Origin: Eledone cirrhosa
Taxonomy: Eukaryota
Length of the DNA: 64,000 nucleotides
NCBI GenBank assembly: GCA_964016885.1
Contig: OZ024743.1
Span: 228,222,001 to 228,286,000 of the forward strand
Direction of reading: 5' to 3'
This document shows, one piece after another, positions 45,461 through 60,330 of this stretch (position 1 is the stretch's first letter; the number at the start of each line of letters is the position of its first letter). A program made the translations under genes and the position numbers. A model generated the notes under the pieces. It did no database searches, was not told the origin of the DNA, and saw only the letters and a program-made list of their open reading frames with translations.

Positions 45461-46369
45461 TATCTGAGTTTGTATACATGTTTACTGTTTTTTTTTAAGT
45501 CCTGCAAATTAGTGATTTGACAAAAGAGAGGTTGATAAGATAAATACCAGACATGAAAAAACCAATACTGGGTTCAATATAATTGACTAATTAACTTGGA
45601 AATAGAGCCACAGCATCATCTCCGTCTATGAGAGTTGGTTGCTATGTATAGCAATTTGGGTGAACATATAGAGATTTCATACATGACTTTTCTATAATTC
45701 TGACACATATATTGAGCACCATGTATAGACATGTGATCTACAACTTGGCCAATCAGTGACCCAGTTTCTAGTCTCATCTAAAGCTATTTCCACATCACTC
45801 ATGTTACAAACAACATCCTAGTTTTTTTCTTTTTTTACCATTATTGAACTGAGGTTTGTGTCAAAAGTAGCCAATACATTATTTTTCAATCACATTTACA
45901 GTGTCAATATCTAAGCTACTTCTTATCAGTGATACCCACTAATGGGTTATTTTTGTTATTAACATCAAGATAATAGATATCCACATTTTAGAAAATAAAT
46001 AGCTTGTATTGGATGCGTTCAGCAAGGCATGTAGAGATATCTTAGTTCAGTATTGCAAGCTAGTAAAATCCTCATGAATTATATCCTGTCTCTGCTCTAC
46101 AATATATATATTTATATACAAAACAACACAGAAGCTGCTGTGTGGTTCTTATCTGGCTAAAATATTAATAGTAGACAAATTTCCTAAATACCACACCCTA
46201 ATCTTTAAATAGAACATGTTAAATATGTATTTGCATAAAAAAGAAAATAATAGTATAGGTTTGGACAAACTTTTAATGTTTAACATCCTGTAATGATTTA
46301 GTAGAAATGTATAAAAATGGTTTAATTCAAATGTTTATAGTATATTACTAGCCCGGGATATCATCTAAT

Positions 46370-46542
46370 TATCGGTAGAGGGTCAGACACCATGCTTTGC
46401 AGCAAAGAGTTACGGCCATTTATAGTCTAAGTTCAAATCCCGCCGAGGTTAACTTTGCCTTTCATCCTTACGGAGTCAATAAAATAAAGTACCAGTAATA
46501 CACTGGGATAATTGCTGGACTTGTGCCAAAAGTAGAAACAAT
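46370..46542 (+). mobile_element. Nin/Deu-core SINE copy
   Basis: Colinear with 19775-19939. Confidence 0.8.
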
Positions 46543-46728
46543 TATTAGACTAAATACTTAAAAGTTTTAATATGATTCAGTCATAGTGCTGTTTTGTAAT
46601 TTTCCAGAAAATTTTGCTAACAGAGTTTTATATGATGCATGACATTAGTGTTAATCATAGAATTAATGGGATCTAAAGTAAACAAAATGAATAACATATA
46701 TGTATAGTTAAAATGAATGGACAAATAA

Positions 46729-46992
46729 CCCTTTCATTACCATATTTCAAATGAAAGACTGCTTAATATTTTCTATTAATTTAGAAAAAATAAACTCAAA
46801 ATTTTGTAGGTATTCAGTAATATAAGTAATTTTCTCATTATTTGGTATTTGACTAATAACTTAATAAAATTACGATGACAATTATATTCCAAACACCAGC
46901 TGAATAAGTATATTACTAAATTCTTGTTTATTTTCAAAATTATTTGAAAATCATAGGCAGTGTCTGTATTTAGAAATTTGATAACAAAAGGG
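46729..46992 (+). mobile_element. piggyBac-type MITE (family 2)
   Basis: ATAA-CCCTTTCATTACC ... GATAACAAAAGGG-TTAA. Related pieces at 30467-30570, 33455-33680, 48250-48680 and 52165-52370. Confidence 0.65.
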
Positions 46993-49819
46993 TTAATGGA
47001 AGATGGACAGAAGATTACTAACTAGTTTAATATGACCTTACACAACTATTATTCAGCTTTGACTTATAGGTTGAATAATAACCCCCCTCACCCGCATCAT
47101 GCCTCTCTCATCATTTCTTTCTTCACAAAGGCAATTTTGAATGGAAAGTTACAAGTAGCACAATAATAGCACAATCTTTTATGAATGATTCACACCCTTG
47201 GAGCTGTAATACAGTTCTGTTTACTAAACCAATGTGGAGGATAGCTTTCTTCATTTTCAATCACTCTCACAATAGTATCTTGTTCTAATAGGTCACCCAG
47301 ATTACAGACATGTAACATACTTGTGTATTTCTATTTTAATTAAGAGGTCATAGTTCAGAAAAACTCAACAAGCTGGTATTAACAGTAGCTAGCTAAAATG
47401 TATATTATGTGTATATGTATTATTTACTTTGACACAGAACTTAGATTGTTGGTCAAAGGTTAGTGTTTACATGAACATAAGTGGATTAGTGGAAGTGGTT
47501 TCAGTAAACTGTATCTGTTTAGGTTTAACACGGAAACAATGGCACATCATAAGATTTACAGTAATTCAAAACTTCTTCAGGATCTTTTACAAAGCAAAAG
47601 AGTTAAGAAGCCAATTGTATTCTTCATATAAACATAGTAAAGTGTAAGATAAGTGTATAGCATTAGATCATAAGTATGTTTGATAAATAAGGTTGATGAT
47701 ATAATGAAACAAAGGATCTACCACCAACAACACCAACACTGCAATATAAATTGATATGTTCAAGTGCAAGACATATCATTGTTCATTATCATCATCATCG
47801 TTGAGTTTCAATACTGGCAGGTGTTGAATAAGACAGGAAGAAGTTTACTATGGCCTGTTGGCTTTCCTGATACCAACCCATACTTTATTTTTTAAGTCAG
47901 TTTGATGATGATGGTATATACCGCTCATCTTCATTGAACTCTGAGTTCATATCCGTGGCTTAAGATTTCAACATCAAGATTTCCAATGCTCATCAATTGT
48001 ATCAAAATATACATTAAAAATTGTACGAACACAAAAAATAAATAAACAAATAAAAAATTCAAAATCTACAAGAGAATTTCAGAGACTTAATTTTTTTGAT
48101 ATTAACTCACCCTAAACTGCCTTTGAAAGACAAAACTCATTTAAAAAGAACCCTTCTTAAAATATTCCAACATAAGTTATGTTACAAATACTATCCTAAT
48201 AATAAAACAATAATTATAGCAATTTTTTCCAAATTCTTCATTAATTAATTAACCCTTTACTGATTGTAACTCTGGTAAAATACACACTATTTCAATTAAT
48301 GAATGAATAAGTTTGAGGGATTTATTGAAATTATTAATTATTTCAATATTCTTATAAAATGTGGGAAACACAAAATATATGTACACACAGTTGTCTGCTA
48401 TAAACAACAGCTTAGAAAATCAGGTAAAATACTCATGTGAAGAGACACATGTGGTCATCAGCTACGATAGACTGCTCTAATATTTATATATAAATTATTT
48501 CATTACTAAGATAGTAACTTGATATACGGTTCTGATACAGATTATGTTGGAAAATAGTAATTTAAATAGGGACCCTTTAAAATGGGTGGTTTTGTTTCAC
48601 AGAACTAGAGCTGGTTTTGGCTGAGCTGGTATCAAAAGGATCAAAATACTTTCGTTATAAATATCATAACGAAAGGATTAAAAAACGTTACTGTGATGTC
48701 TTGGGCATAATGTTTGGTTAATTTACTGTAGAACAAACCTCAACAAAATCAAAAGTAAGCAGCATGTTTCAGATTATTTTTCATCAGGCAGCAAGCAGAG
48801 TGTGTAATGAGTCTACATAGGGATATTTTTTGTAGAGATGAGATTTTTTTCTATCAGAAACAAACTAGAATGCAGCCTAAATCTAGTGAATTAGGGTTGG
48901 GATACTGGTGTAGTCATTAAACTTTAGACACCACATCTTCCAGCAATCATTAAGGTAAGTTACACACAATTTTACTACAATATATACAATATGTATATAT
49001 ATATGTATATATATATGTGTGATAAATATATACAGATTATATATATATATGCATACATGTATATACATAAAGATAGATGCACACACATATATATACACAC
49101 ACATAAATATACATACATACATACACACACATACTTACATAAACACACAGTCACACACACACAAGTCTGCTTCAGGAATCATAAATATTAATTCTTTGAA
49201 TATGATATGGTTACAAATATTTTTGCTTATTTTTCCCTTTAGATTTACTTCTATCTAGAAAAGTTACATGCATTTTGTTGTTGCTGTTTTTTTGTTTTGT
49301 TTAAGAATTTTTTCTTTTTTGTTTTGTTTTGTTGCCATTTTGTGGTTTCCAGATGATGAAAATATGTAGTTATATACCCTGGTACCACTCTCACATTTTA
49401 TTTTCTTCACATTTTTGTAAGTTATACATTTACTTTCCTATTTTCCATTTTTCTTTCTTAACAAACATGTTAGATAGATAATTAAGGAGAAAACTTATGC
49501 TAGCTAAAATATTTGCCTACCTTTAATTAACCCGCCTTGAAAGTAACCCAGGCTTTAGGTATGAATTAGCTGGCTACAGATGTGAAAGGATATGTAACTT
49601 GTAAGAGGAGTGAAAACAAGAAATTAATAAAATAAAAAGACAATATATATATGTGTATGTTTGTGTGAGTGTTTGAGCATGTATATGTATGGTGTGGTGG
49701 TGATTGTGTGTGTTTGTTATGTTTTTCCTCTGAATAATTTTACATTAAGTTGGTTAGTATATTCGTCTTAGCAGCAGATATGTGTCTATATGTGAGATGT
49801 GAGTGTACAGATTGTATGG

Positions 49820-50050
49820 TATATATATATATATATAAAATATATATAATATATATATATATATAATATAAATATATATATATATATATATAATATAAAT
49901 ATATATATATATATATATAATATAAATATATATATATATATATATAATATAAATATATATATATATATATATAATATAAATATATATATATATATATAAT
50001 ATAAATATATATATATATAATATAAATATATATATATATATAATATAAAT

Positions 50051-50102
<52 letters not shown>
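49820..50102. repeat. (TA)n-derived ~26-bp minisatellite
   Basis: Repeats of (TA)n-ATAATATAA. Confidence 0.95.
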
Positions 50103-50104
<2 letters not shown>

Positions 50105-50106
<2 letters not shown>

Positions 50107-50319
50107 AGGCATGTGGCTGATTAGTTAGAGAACTGGATTCATAATTGTGAGGTTGTAAGTTCGATTCCTGGACTGGGCGATGTATTATGTCCTTGAGCAA
50201 GACGCTATTTCATGTTGCTCCTTCTACCTGGCGTTGCAACTGATAGAAAGAATTAGCAAATTGGAAAGACCAATGGAAACATTGTTTCCTCACCCTGATT
50301 TGACGAAAGTCGATCGACT
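50105..50319 (+). mobile_element. tRNA-head SINE, alternative-tail subfamily
   Basis: Colinear with the reverse complement of 20417-20633; directly follows a (TA)n array. Confidence 0.8.
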
Positions 50320-50329
50320 ATATTCATCT

Positions 50330-50478
50330 CGTTTTATTTGAGGATGGTCATGTTGCCAGTATGGCCAATAAAAGGAAACACACATCATATGATTTTCACT
50401 TTATCTATATTGCTTGTTATTCATTCGTTTGTCCATGTTCTTTCATTACATGTTCTGTGACCTCTTCTATGACACTTC
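50330..50478 (-). mobile_element. Old diverged copy of the 16546 pseudo-LTR family
   Basis: GGTCATGTTGCCA and GTTCTTTCATTACATGTTCTGTGACCTCTTC match 16566-16580 and 16690-16720. Confidence 0.6.
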
Positions 50479-53400
50479 TAATCCATTTTTTCTCTCTATC
50501 TATCTATCTCTATATATATATCATCGTTTTTACATCAACTTTTCCATGCTTGCATGGGTTGGATGTAAGGAGAGGAAGGCAGTAGTGTAGATGTCATTAT
50601 AAAAGAGAACCAGGGCACTGTAATGTGGTTGGTGTTGGAAATGGCATCCAACCATAAAAAGCATGCCAAGGAGGAAGAGGAAGCTATTTCTGAAAGATCA
50701 GACAATCATCTACTACTGATTGTAGTGCCTTCTCCTGGTCCACATCTGACTAAATTTTACTTACAAGACATTGCACAACCTGATGATATAGAAGACACTT
50801 GTCCAAGGTGGGAGTGAACCAGAGACTCTGTTGCTACAAAACAAACTCTGTAACCACCGAGCCAGGTCTGTTTTTGTAAAATCTGTTTCAAGTAGAATTC
50901 TCCCTAACATCCAATCCTAATGAATCATTAGTTGGATGAGAGGAAAAACTAGGATTTGAACCTGTTGTCTACAATACTACTGCATACATACAGTGACATG
51001 GTGTCTATTAAAATCACTTGTTTGCTAAATTATTGCAGGATATTTTTACATCCAGAATATCAAAAACATCAATAACAACCATATAGAAAAAATTCCTCTC
51101 TCTTAAAGGATTTCAATACAACAAAAAGAAGAAGAAAAAAAGGTAGTTTATATGGTTGGGACAGGCTGGAGTGGCAGAGTAATCTATCAACCCACTTTTG
51201 CAAATATAAATAAAAACATATATAAAAATAAAACTAGCACTAATTTTAGCAGATTTTTTTTTTATGACAGACCAGCATTATTGTTATTAATGATAAGGTT
51301 TACATTTTCTTTCTCTATCTACTTTGTCCCTTCTATGCTGTCCTTCTTCCTCCCTGTCTCACTCTCGGCCCATTTGTATGTCTATCTCTCTTTTCATTTC
51401 CATCCCAAGTTAAATTCTAACCTTTTTTTTGTGAAGTGTCAGGAAATGATATTTGTTCAGCAAGGTGACAAACTAGAAGCCAAAGCAAGAATCCAGCTGC
51501 TAACAGGGATATTTTCACAGGTTTTATTATGTCTTATTTACATAACTCTTGTACCAAGCAGTAGAGGTATTCCCTGAGAGAAGCAAGAGAGAAGGAGAGA
51601 AAAAGAGAGAAAAGCAACATAGTGTTCCTTGAACAACCAAACATCTGAATAGTTATATCTTAATTGACATGGTCGTTTTTGCATGTTGCCTATAATAATA
51701 ATAATAATAATAGTAATATGAGGAAGATAGTTCAATGGTGGTTCTACCACCAGATACTTTATCTATTTTATAGACTGATACACATGTTAAATATTTGAGT
51801 AGCAATTTTTCCTGAGTGAATTCCTAAAAGTGACATTGCAATATTGATTAAAAGAGTCACTAGATAAATTCTATTTTCACACATCAAACAGAAATTATCT
51901 TCAATGGTAACAAGGAACCATCGTAGGAAAAGGCATATTGAATGTTAGTTAAGTTGCTACACAGAAAGACTCTTTCTGTTTGAAGAACTGGTTCAATTTT
52001 ACATTGATAACATTAAACAACCAATATTGCTGTTACTACTGTTGTTGTTTAGGTGTAGGTCAGCTGTGGTTGAGTAAAACTAAGAGATTCAGTAAATCAT
52101 TGGTGTTCCAGATATGGCCAACATATCATTTCATATATCAGGAATTACATTGTCCAACCAGTAATCGTTTCATTAGCATATTTCTAATGAAAGTCGCTGC
52201 CTATAATTTTCAAATAATTTTGAAAATAAACAAATATATTTGAAATATAGCTTGATGAAGGTTTTTCCATAAAATTATGATAGAAGGTTATTAGATAAAT
52301 ACGAACACTTTAATAGTTTTGTATCATAGCACTAAGAGTGGTTTCAAGCAGCTAGACATGAAAACTATTAAGAGGAAAGGTGTGATTTCAGAGAATTTGT
52401 TTGCTATTTAAAAGTTGCAAATTGGCAATCTTTAGGGTGTCAAATGAAATGCCTCAGTATTTGTTCCTGCTCTCTTTGCCAAGACCAACATCACCATTAT
52501 GCTTTCAGGGTGTTAATATATAAAGTACCAATCAGAGAGCAGTGGATTCACAGAATTGTTAAAGCAGTAACTGGAATGTTTTACTGGATATGTTCTGTCT
52601 TTGTGCCTCTTGAGTTCAAATCCCACCTTTTTCTCAAAAATGTGTTGTATTTCTGCCAGTAGTGATTGACAGATAGAGGAATGGATGCTATGGTGGATCT
52701 TTTCCATTTTTGACAATGAACAATCCAATAGTTCTATCAATTGAATAGCCTGCTCAGGAAATTAATGTGCATGTGACTGAGCACTACACAGACACATACA
52801 TTTTACCTAATTTTCAGAGAGATTCAGTGTGATAGAGTGTGTAAGAAAGCTAGCCCATTAAATTACAGGTACAGTCTACTCAACAGGCTTCTCTACAGTG
52901 TCTGTCTACCCAATTTCACTCACAAAGATAGGATTGCTCTAAGTCTATGATAAATAACATTTTCCCAAGATGCAATACTGTGGGATTGAACCCAGGACCT
53001 TATAATTGTGAAGCGAGCTGTTTAACCATTCACTCACAGACAGATAATAACAGCAATGGAAACAGTTCGTTTGGTCTGAGCTGATGAACAGCTTCTTTCT
53101 TTCTTTTCTTTTATCAAGTAGGTCTAATGGCTCAAAAACCAACATTCTATTAACACAAGCTGTGTAATCTGAAGGTGTTAGGTATACACTAGCACATATT
53201 TTCAAAAGACATGAAGTAATTTTATAAATTATATTTTATTGCAACTAATTAGTTTTTATTCAATATTGAAAGAAACCAATATCCAATATCTAAATATTCA
53301 AAAACGAGTGTTTATTGAGAATAGATATATTATTTGGAATTTATTTCAAAATTATAACAATATATTGTAAATGTTGATAATGTGTTCATGTATAATAACA

Positions 53401-54364
53401 TACAATCCTCTCAACTAAGCATTTGTTTCTTGCTTTATTCTTGTAATTCTTTCAGTAATTAGACAGGGTCCATGCTGGGGCACTGTCTTGAAGAGAGTTA
53501 GTCAGGTCATTAGTGAATCATATAGACTCCAGTACATTAATTTTTAAAACCTGGTACTTATTTATTTGTTGAATTGCTAAACAATGTGACATAAATTAAC
53601 AGTAAATGTAAACAGAGATTTGGGGAATGACAGACATACACATACATACATATATTTATGACCTAAAATTTGCTAGCAAAGAAAACCAATGTTAACTGAT
53701 GATGATGATGTGATACGTAAATGGATGTAACTATATGTTGGCAAACCACTGCCCTTATATATATAGAGATGTAAAATCAAAGATGATTTCCAAGGGGATC
53801 AGAAAAAATCCCAGTTAAATAAGGTACTCAAAACATTAGTAGACACAAAGCATCCATGCAATGAACTTCCAAATAGATTGTGTCTGCTGAATTTTACTCA
53901 AAAGTCATGGATCAACCTGAGGCTGTGATTAATGCCACTTGACCAAGATGCCTCAGGACCTAATGATTGTGAAGCAAACTTCTTAACAATTCAGCTATAC
54001 GGCAATCCTGTTATGTATTGTCATACTCTTTTACTACAAATTGAATAAAGTGAAATGAATAAAGAGACAAGAAACATCACAAACTTAGGTAAGGTCCTGT
54101 CAAGGCCAATGTGATCTTTTTTTACTTCTGTTGATCAATAAAATAAAGTATTACTCAAGTTCTATGGTCAATGTAATTGACTGTTCCACTCCTACCAAAA
54201 TTGCTGGCCTTATGCTTAAATTAGAAACCATTATAGTTAATAACTGTCATTACAAAGAGAAAGTCAGGCAGCTGTAAAGTTCTGGCTGTCAGCACCTGAA
54301 ACATTGCATACAAGAATTTAAAAAAAAAACTCTTTTACGACTCACAGTTTACTAGTATGAACTT

Positions 54365-54455
54365 TTCTGATACAAAACTACCTGAAACCACTTCTGATAA
54401 CAAGTTTGAACTCTTCTGATATGAAACTACCTGAAACTACTTCTGGTAACAAGTA
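54365..54455. repeat. Diverged ~50-bp tandem duplication
   Basis: TTCTGATA..AAACTACCTGAAAC.ACTTCTG.TAACAAGT occurs twice. Confidence 0.85.
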
Positions 54456-55019
54456 CAATTTCATGCAATACAAAATATCCAGTGTGAAAATGAACTGTGC
54501 AATCTACATCAGAATAAGGAAACAAAAAAAAAGGAAAGGAAATTTTACAAAATGATTAAGAAAGAAGGAAATAAGCAATGAAGGGGGAGGAGCAACATTC
54601 CTGTCTGAGCAGTGTTTCAGCTGTGCCCCCGCAGATAAAATGGCAAAGGTATTGCTGCAGGGAATGGTCAGTGACATCAACTCCAACAGCCATTTAATCT
54701 CACGGGCCTCTTTCTCAAGGCAGGCTACTTCCTTTCTAATTTTACAAAGGAAATCAGCAGTGTGGGGACTGAGGACGCCTGAGGTGAGCAGTACAAAAAG
54801 AAAGCTATTTGTTTAAAAATATAAGGAGAAAGCCTCAGCTGGAATACATTCGACCAGAGGTTTTCTTGACTAGAGCTGATTCATAGCTAGACAACAAAAT
54901 CTATGTTTATATTGCACTTGTATATGTGTGTGCATATACACACACAAACACATATTTGAGAGAGTATAATTGCATGTGTTTTTGTTGGATGTCTCTTGGT
55001 TCTGGTGATAATTGCTCCT

Positions 55020-55282
55020 GTTGCTTGTATAATGGATCAGCCTGCTCCTGAAGTTAATGTATAAGTAGCTGAGAATTCCAGAGATTCATACACTGTTAAC
55101 ATCTTTTCGAAGAGATTAGCATGACAAAGTGTGCGGCAAACATGGCCCTTTGAATTACTGGTACACGTTTTGCCAGTTGAGTGAACTGAGTAATGTGATA
55201 TAAAATGTCTTGCTCAAGGACACAACTTAGCACCAGGAATCCAACTCAAGACCATACAATGGTGAGTCAAACATCCTAACCC
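55020..55282 (-). mobile_element. tRNA-head SINE, third tail type
   Basis: GTCCTTGAGCAAGACATTTTAT core on the minus strand; tail shared with 4010-4190, 9170-9440 and 52720-52870. Confidence 0.65.
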
Positions 55283-55423
55283 CTTAGAGAGAGAGAGTGT
55301 GTGTGTATGAGAGAGAGAAAGAAAAGGAGGATGTGTGTGCGTGAATGTGAGAGAAAGAGTGTGTGAGTGTGTGTGTGTGTGTGTGGGAATGTGACAGAGT
55401 GTGTGTGTATGTATGAGAGAGAG

Positions 55424-55497
55424 AGAATTATTATTTCATATCTTGCATTGAAGACCACAAATTTGAAAGGCTTTTTTTTTACCAGTGAGAGAGAGAG

Positions 55498-55536
<39 letters not shown>

Positions 55537-55604
55537 ATCATTTCATATCTTGCATTGAAGACCACAAATTTGAAAGGCTTTTTTTTTACCAGTGAGAGAG
55601 AGAG

Positions 55605-55641
<37 letters not shown>

Positions 55642-55709
55642 ATTATTTCATATCTTGCATTGAAGACCACAAATTTGAAAGGCTTTTTTTTTACCAGTGA
55701 GAGAGAGAG

Positions 55710-55758
<49 letters not shown>

Positions 55759-55919
55759 ATCATTTCATATCTTGCATTGAAGACCACAAATTTGAAAGGC
55801 TTTTTTTTTACCAGTGAGAGAGAGAGGGGAGAGAGAGAGAGAGAGAGAATTATCATTTCATATCTTGCATTGAAGACCACAAATTTGAAAGGCTTTTTTT
55901 TTACCAGTGAGAGAGAGAG

Positions 55920-55954
<35 letters not shown>

Positions 55955-56011
55955 ATCATTTCATATCTTGCATTGAAGACCACAAATTTGAAAGGCTTTT
56001 TTTTTTTACCA
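55424..56011. repeat. Six-copy tandem repeat: ~63-bp unique core separated by variable (GA)n
   Basis: Core [63 protein letters not shown] starts at ~55424, 55531, 55636, 55753, 55846 and 55949. Confidence 0.95.
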
Positions 56012-56590
56012 ATGTCCTATTAGTATAAACTCAATTTGGAATTGTGACATGTGGTATCCTTGGTATTCTTACTGTTGAAACTGAAGTTTTGATGTCTGGT
56101 AGCTTGAATATGTCTTCTACATGTTTGGTAAATGAAGGGTGAGTGAGATAGAGAAAGTGAGAGGGTAGATAAGCGGGAGGCAGGCGGTTCTTATCATCGG
56201 TCTTTAGTCAGATTAGTAACACCCAGGCTTGACAAATCAAACAGTCTGCTGTGAAACACTGCTTTATAATTGAAGGCTGGCCCTATACTAGTAAATGAAC
56301 CGAATAATTTACAGCAAGGAATTTCATGTGTGAGCGATGAAGAAGTAAAGGTGGGAGGGAGGGATGGAGGGAATTGACTGACAAGTAATGCAAGCAATTT
56401 CACTAACAATAACAGGCAATGTCTATGGTAGGATGATGGAAGGAGGGTGAAAAGAAGGGAGATAACAATGAAAATAGAAAGATATTCATAAAGGAGGAGA
56501 AGGAAAGAGGAAAAAGGAGAGAAGAATGGATGGGGTGGGATCTCAAGTATTAATGGAGAGAAGAAACTTAAGAAAGAGGGTGTTATATAC

Positions 56591-56644
<54 letters not shown>

Positions 56645-57147
56645 GGAAGAAGAAGGAGAGAAAAGTAAGGAGTATAAGGAAAGGAAAAAGACAGAAAGGG
56701 AGTAAGAAAAGAAAGGAAAATTAAGGCATTGAAGAAGAGTATTTTGTGGATGCATGTGTAATGCATTGATATGCATGTGCGTATGTGTGTTTATTTGAAT
56801 GTGAAGGCATGTGTGTCAGTGCATGAGTATATGTATATGTGTGTGAGTGAGAGTTTGCAAGTATGTATATGAGAATGGATGTGAGTGCTTGCATATATGT
56901 TTGTGTGTGAGCGCATGTGAATGTGTGTGTGTGTGGGGGGTCGGGTGTTTGCATGCATCATCATATTCATCATCCATGTGTGAGTATTTGCATGTATGTA
57001 TGTATGTGTGTGAGCATGTGAATGTATGAGTATGTAAGAAAGTGTATGCATGTATGTATGCTTGTATGTATGAGACCATATATATAAGCACAAATGTGTG
57101 AGTAATTGCATGTATGTTTGGGTGCATGAGTGCATGTGAATGAATGC

Positions 57148-57212
<65 letters not shown>

Positions 57213-57241
57213 CCAGTGTTTGCATGCGTGTCGGCCAGCAA

Positions 57242-57260
57242 TGTTGGCAAGTTGCCAACA
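57242..57260. promoter_or_regulatory. Palindromic NFI/CTF consensus site
   Basis: TGTTGGCAA-G-TTGCCAACA contains an exact TTGGC(N5)GCCAA, in a unique-sequence island. Confidence 0.35.
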
Positions 57261-59499
57261 CTGACTAGTAAAGTGAAAGACTTTAATGAAAGCCAAAGTT
57301 GACAGAAAGAAATCAACTTTAAGTGCCCTGTCAGAAGAAGTGGCTGAAAGATTTGGAAGGGACGGCGCTTTGGCTTTCGGCTTTGGCTTTCTTCTGTACA
57401 GGAAGGCATACTTGCCTTGCCTTCTCCTTCCTCTTCCTTCAGGCTTATCCCATATCACCTACCCCCTTTCTCTCTCTGCCCCTCAGGCTAAATAGATAAC
57501 AGAGATGGATAGAGGTGGTATTGGTGATAATGGTTGTGGAGTGGGTATTGGTTGTGGTGGTTGTGGTTGTAGTTGTGGTGGTTGTGGTAGGGGTGTGATT
57601 GTGTTGATGCTGTCACAGTGCCATATCATCAGTGTTGTTGGGTTGTTGGTGGTGATGCATTGGTTGTTAGAGGGTGGAGATGAGGGAAAGGGTGGTATCT
57701 AAGATGAGAGGGGAGACTGACCACATTAGACCCCCCCCCCACTCCCTCTTGTTGAGAGGTCACCAACAATTGTGACAAGGATGTTCTGCTTTTGAACCCT
57801 ACTCCAGCTTTGTTGATGGGAAGAACTCAAAAGTGGTGCATCCTCAGCTCACCATCTCACCAATCGCTCATCTAGCTTGGGGCAACAGAGTGAGAGTGAA
57901 TGAAGAGGAGCTATATAGATCTATACATATATATAGAGAGGGTGAAACAGACAGAGAAAGTAAGAATGGATCAGGGAGAAGTAAGGGTGCAGCAAGAGTA
58001 GGTGGAAGGTGGAAGTCAATATCACAATAGCTTTTAAAATAGTTTTGCTATTGACAGTGGTTTTATAGCTGGTGTCCTGGACAATAAGTCATAGGGAAAT
58101 GTCTGACCACCACCACCGCTGCCACCACGACCACAGCCACCACCACCGCTGCCACCATGACCACAGCCGTCACCAGCACTGCCACCATCGGAATAAAGTG
58201 GTGTGGGGGTGGATAGAAGGTGTGAGAGAGGGGTAATGTGAGGAGTGAGGATAGAGCAGAAGAAATACATGTTGAAGAGGAGTGTGGAAAGGAGAAGAGG
58301 ATGGGATGTGGATAAGGGATTGAAAATTGAAGAGAGGGAGAGAGGAAGAGGGAGAGATGAGAGAGAGGGAAAAAAAAGACAGTGAAGAAAGAGAGAGAGA
58401 AATGACAGAGATAAAGGAGAGAGATGAAGGAGGGTGTGAAAGAGGAGAAAGGGAAGCATAATTTGAAGGGGGGGGCAAAATGAAAGAAAACCATGCAGAT
58501 AGACAGACATACATGAGGAAGGGGATAAATGGTGGTGGAGGTGGTGCTGAGGTGTGTCTGTATGTGCTTGAGGTGGGGGGTGAATAAAGTCCATTTAGTA
58601 GGATGGGAGCAGCGGTGAGTGTGGGATATGGTGTGGGTCTGAGAAAGGGGTGTGCTGACCAGCAGACCAAATTAGATGGACTTTCTTGTGACCATTAACC
58701 TTTTGAAATTTAAGGAAAAGATTCAAGTAATGGTCTAGGCGTCATCACTAAGTGGAAATGAATGACGAAAACATGTATTAGGGGAGACTTTTCCACTGCC
58801 CTCTCTCCCTTGGTTTTATTTGTAGTGACACACACACACACACAAACGCTCAGATGCACACGCATACACACACAAATGCTTGCATGCATGCACATACATG
58901 CACATATACACACACACATATATATATATAGAGAGAGACATATATATATATATACACACACACACACATGAACACACATATACACACATACAAACAGACA
59001 TACCCAAACGCTTGCATACATATATACACACATACACGCACATACATACACACATGTATATATATATATATACACATATGTATACACACGCCAAACACAC
59101 ATAAATATATATATATATACACACATATATACAAAAATATGCACCCCCATGCACATACATAACATGCACATATATAACAACACATGCACACACATTTACA
59201 TAGATACACTCAAACATATTCTCACCATTTAAACTATGGCATTGACAGAAGACACCATTATTTGTAATATAATTGGGGAAAGTGCTTTTACTAGAGAAAT
59301 ATTGACAATCATATACATATTAGAATGTACCTTCTGCTAGGGAGCAATATACTCACATAGAAGCATGTGAAAACACACAAATGTATGTGTGTCTAGGTAT
59401 AGACACACATACATGTTCATCACAGGTTAGCAATGAACCAAGTATATTCAATCACATATGCATACGCACATTCATGTTTCATGATATACATATATAGAA

Positions 59500-59547
<48 letters not shown>

Positions 59548-59587
59548 CCATACATATATATACAGTCACACATTATACATATATATG

Positions 59588-59644
<57 letters not shown>

Positions 59645-60123
59645 TAAAATAACAGATTAAAGTTTAAGCAAAGAATCGCACATATATATGTGTGGGGTGT
59701 ATGTACATATATATATATATATATATGAATATTATAGTTACACACATGTACAAATTTAAATGTTTATGTCCAAGCACATATACATAAACAAGTCTCTCAC
59801 TCTCTCTCTCTCTCCCCCTATATGTGTATGTGTATATGTGTGGATATACATACATACATATCTAAGTACATACAAACGCAGACAGACACACCATGCATGT
59901 ATCATTCCATACATATAATATTTCAGTTTCCATAAGTGTCTAGTTTGAAAAACACTGAAACTAAATGCTTCAAATAGATTTTTCAAACATATTCGTTGTT
60001 GTTGTGCACTTATTGGAACTGAAACACAAAACCTTACAGGAACATTCTACAGACATCTAGCTTCATGGAGACATTTTAATGAAGTTTGCTAAAGATGGAT
60101 TCAATATAACAGGCATATATACA

Positions 60124-60330
<207 letters not shown>

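Noticed and set aside
48928-48954. 27-nt plus-strand microexon with AAG|GTAAGT donor
   Set aside because: The acceptor has almost no pyrimidine tract and there is no other support.
55424-56011. CRISPR-like repeat-spacer appearance
   Set aside because: Spacers are (GA)n rather than unique sequences, the context is eukaryotic, and there are no cas genes.
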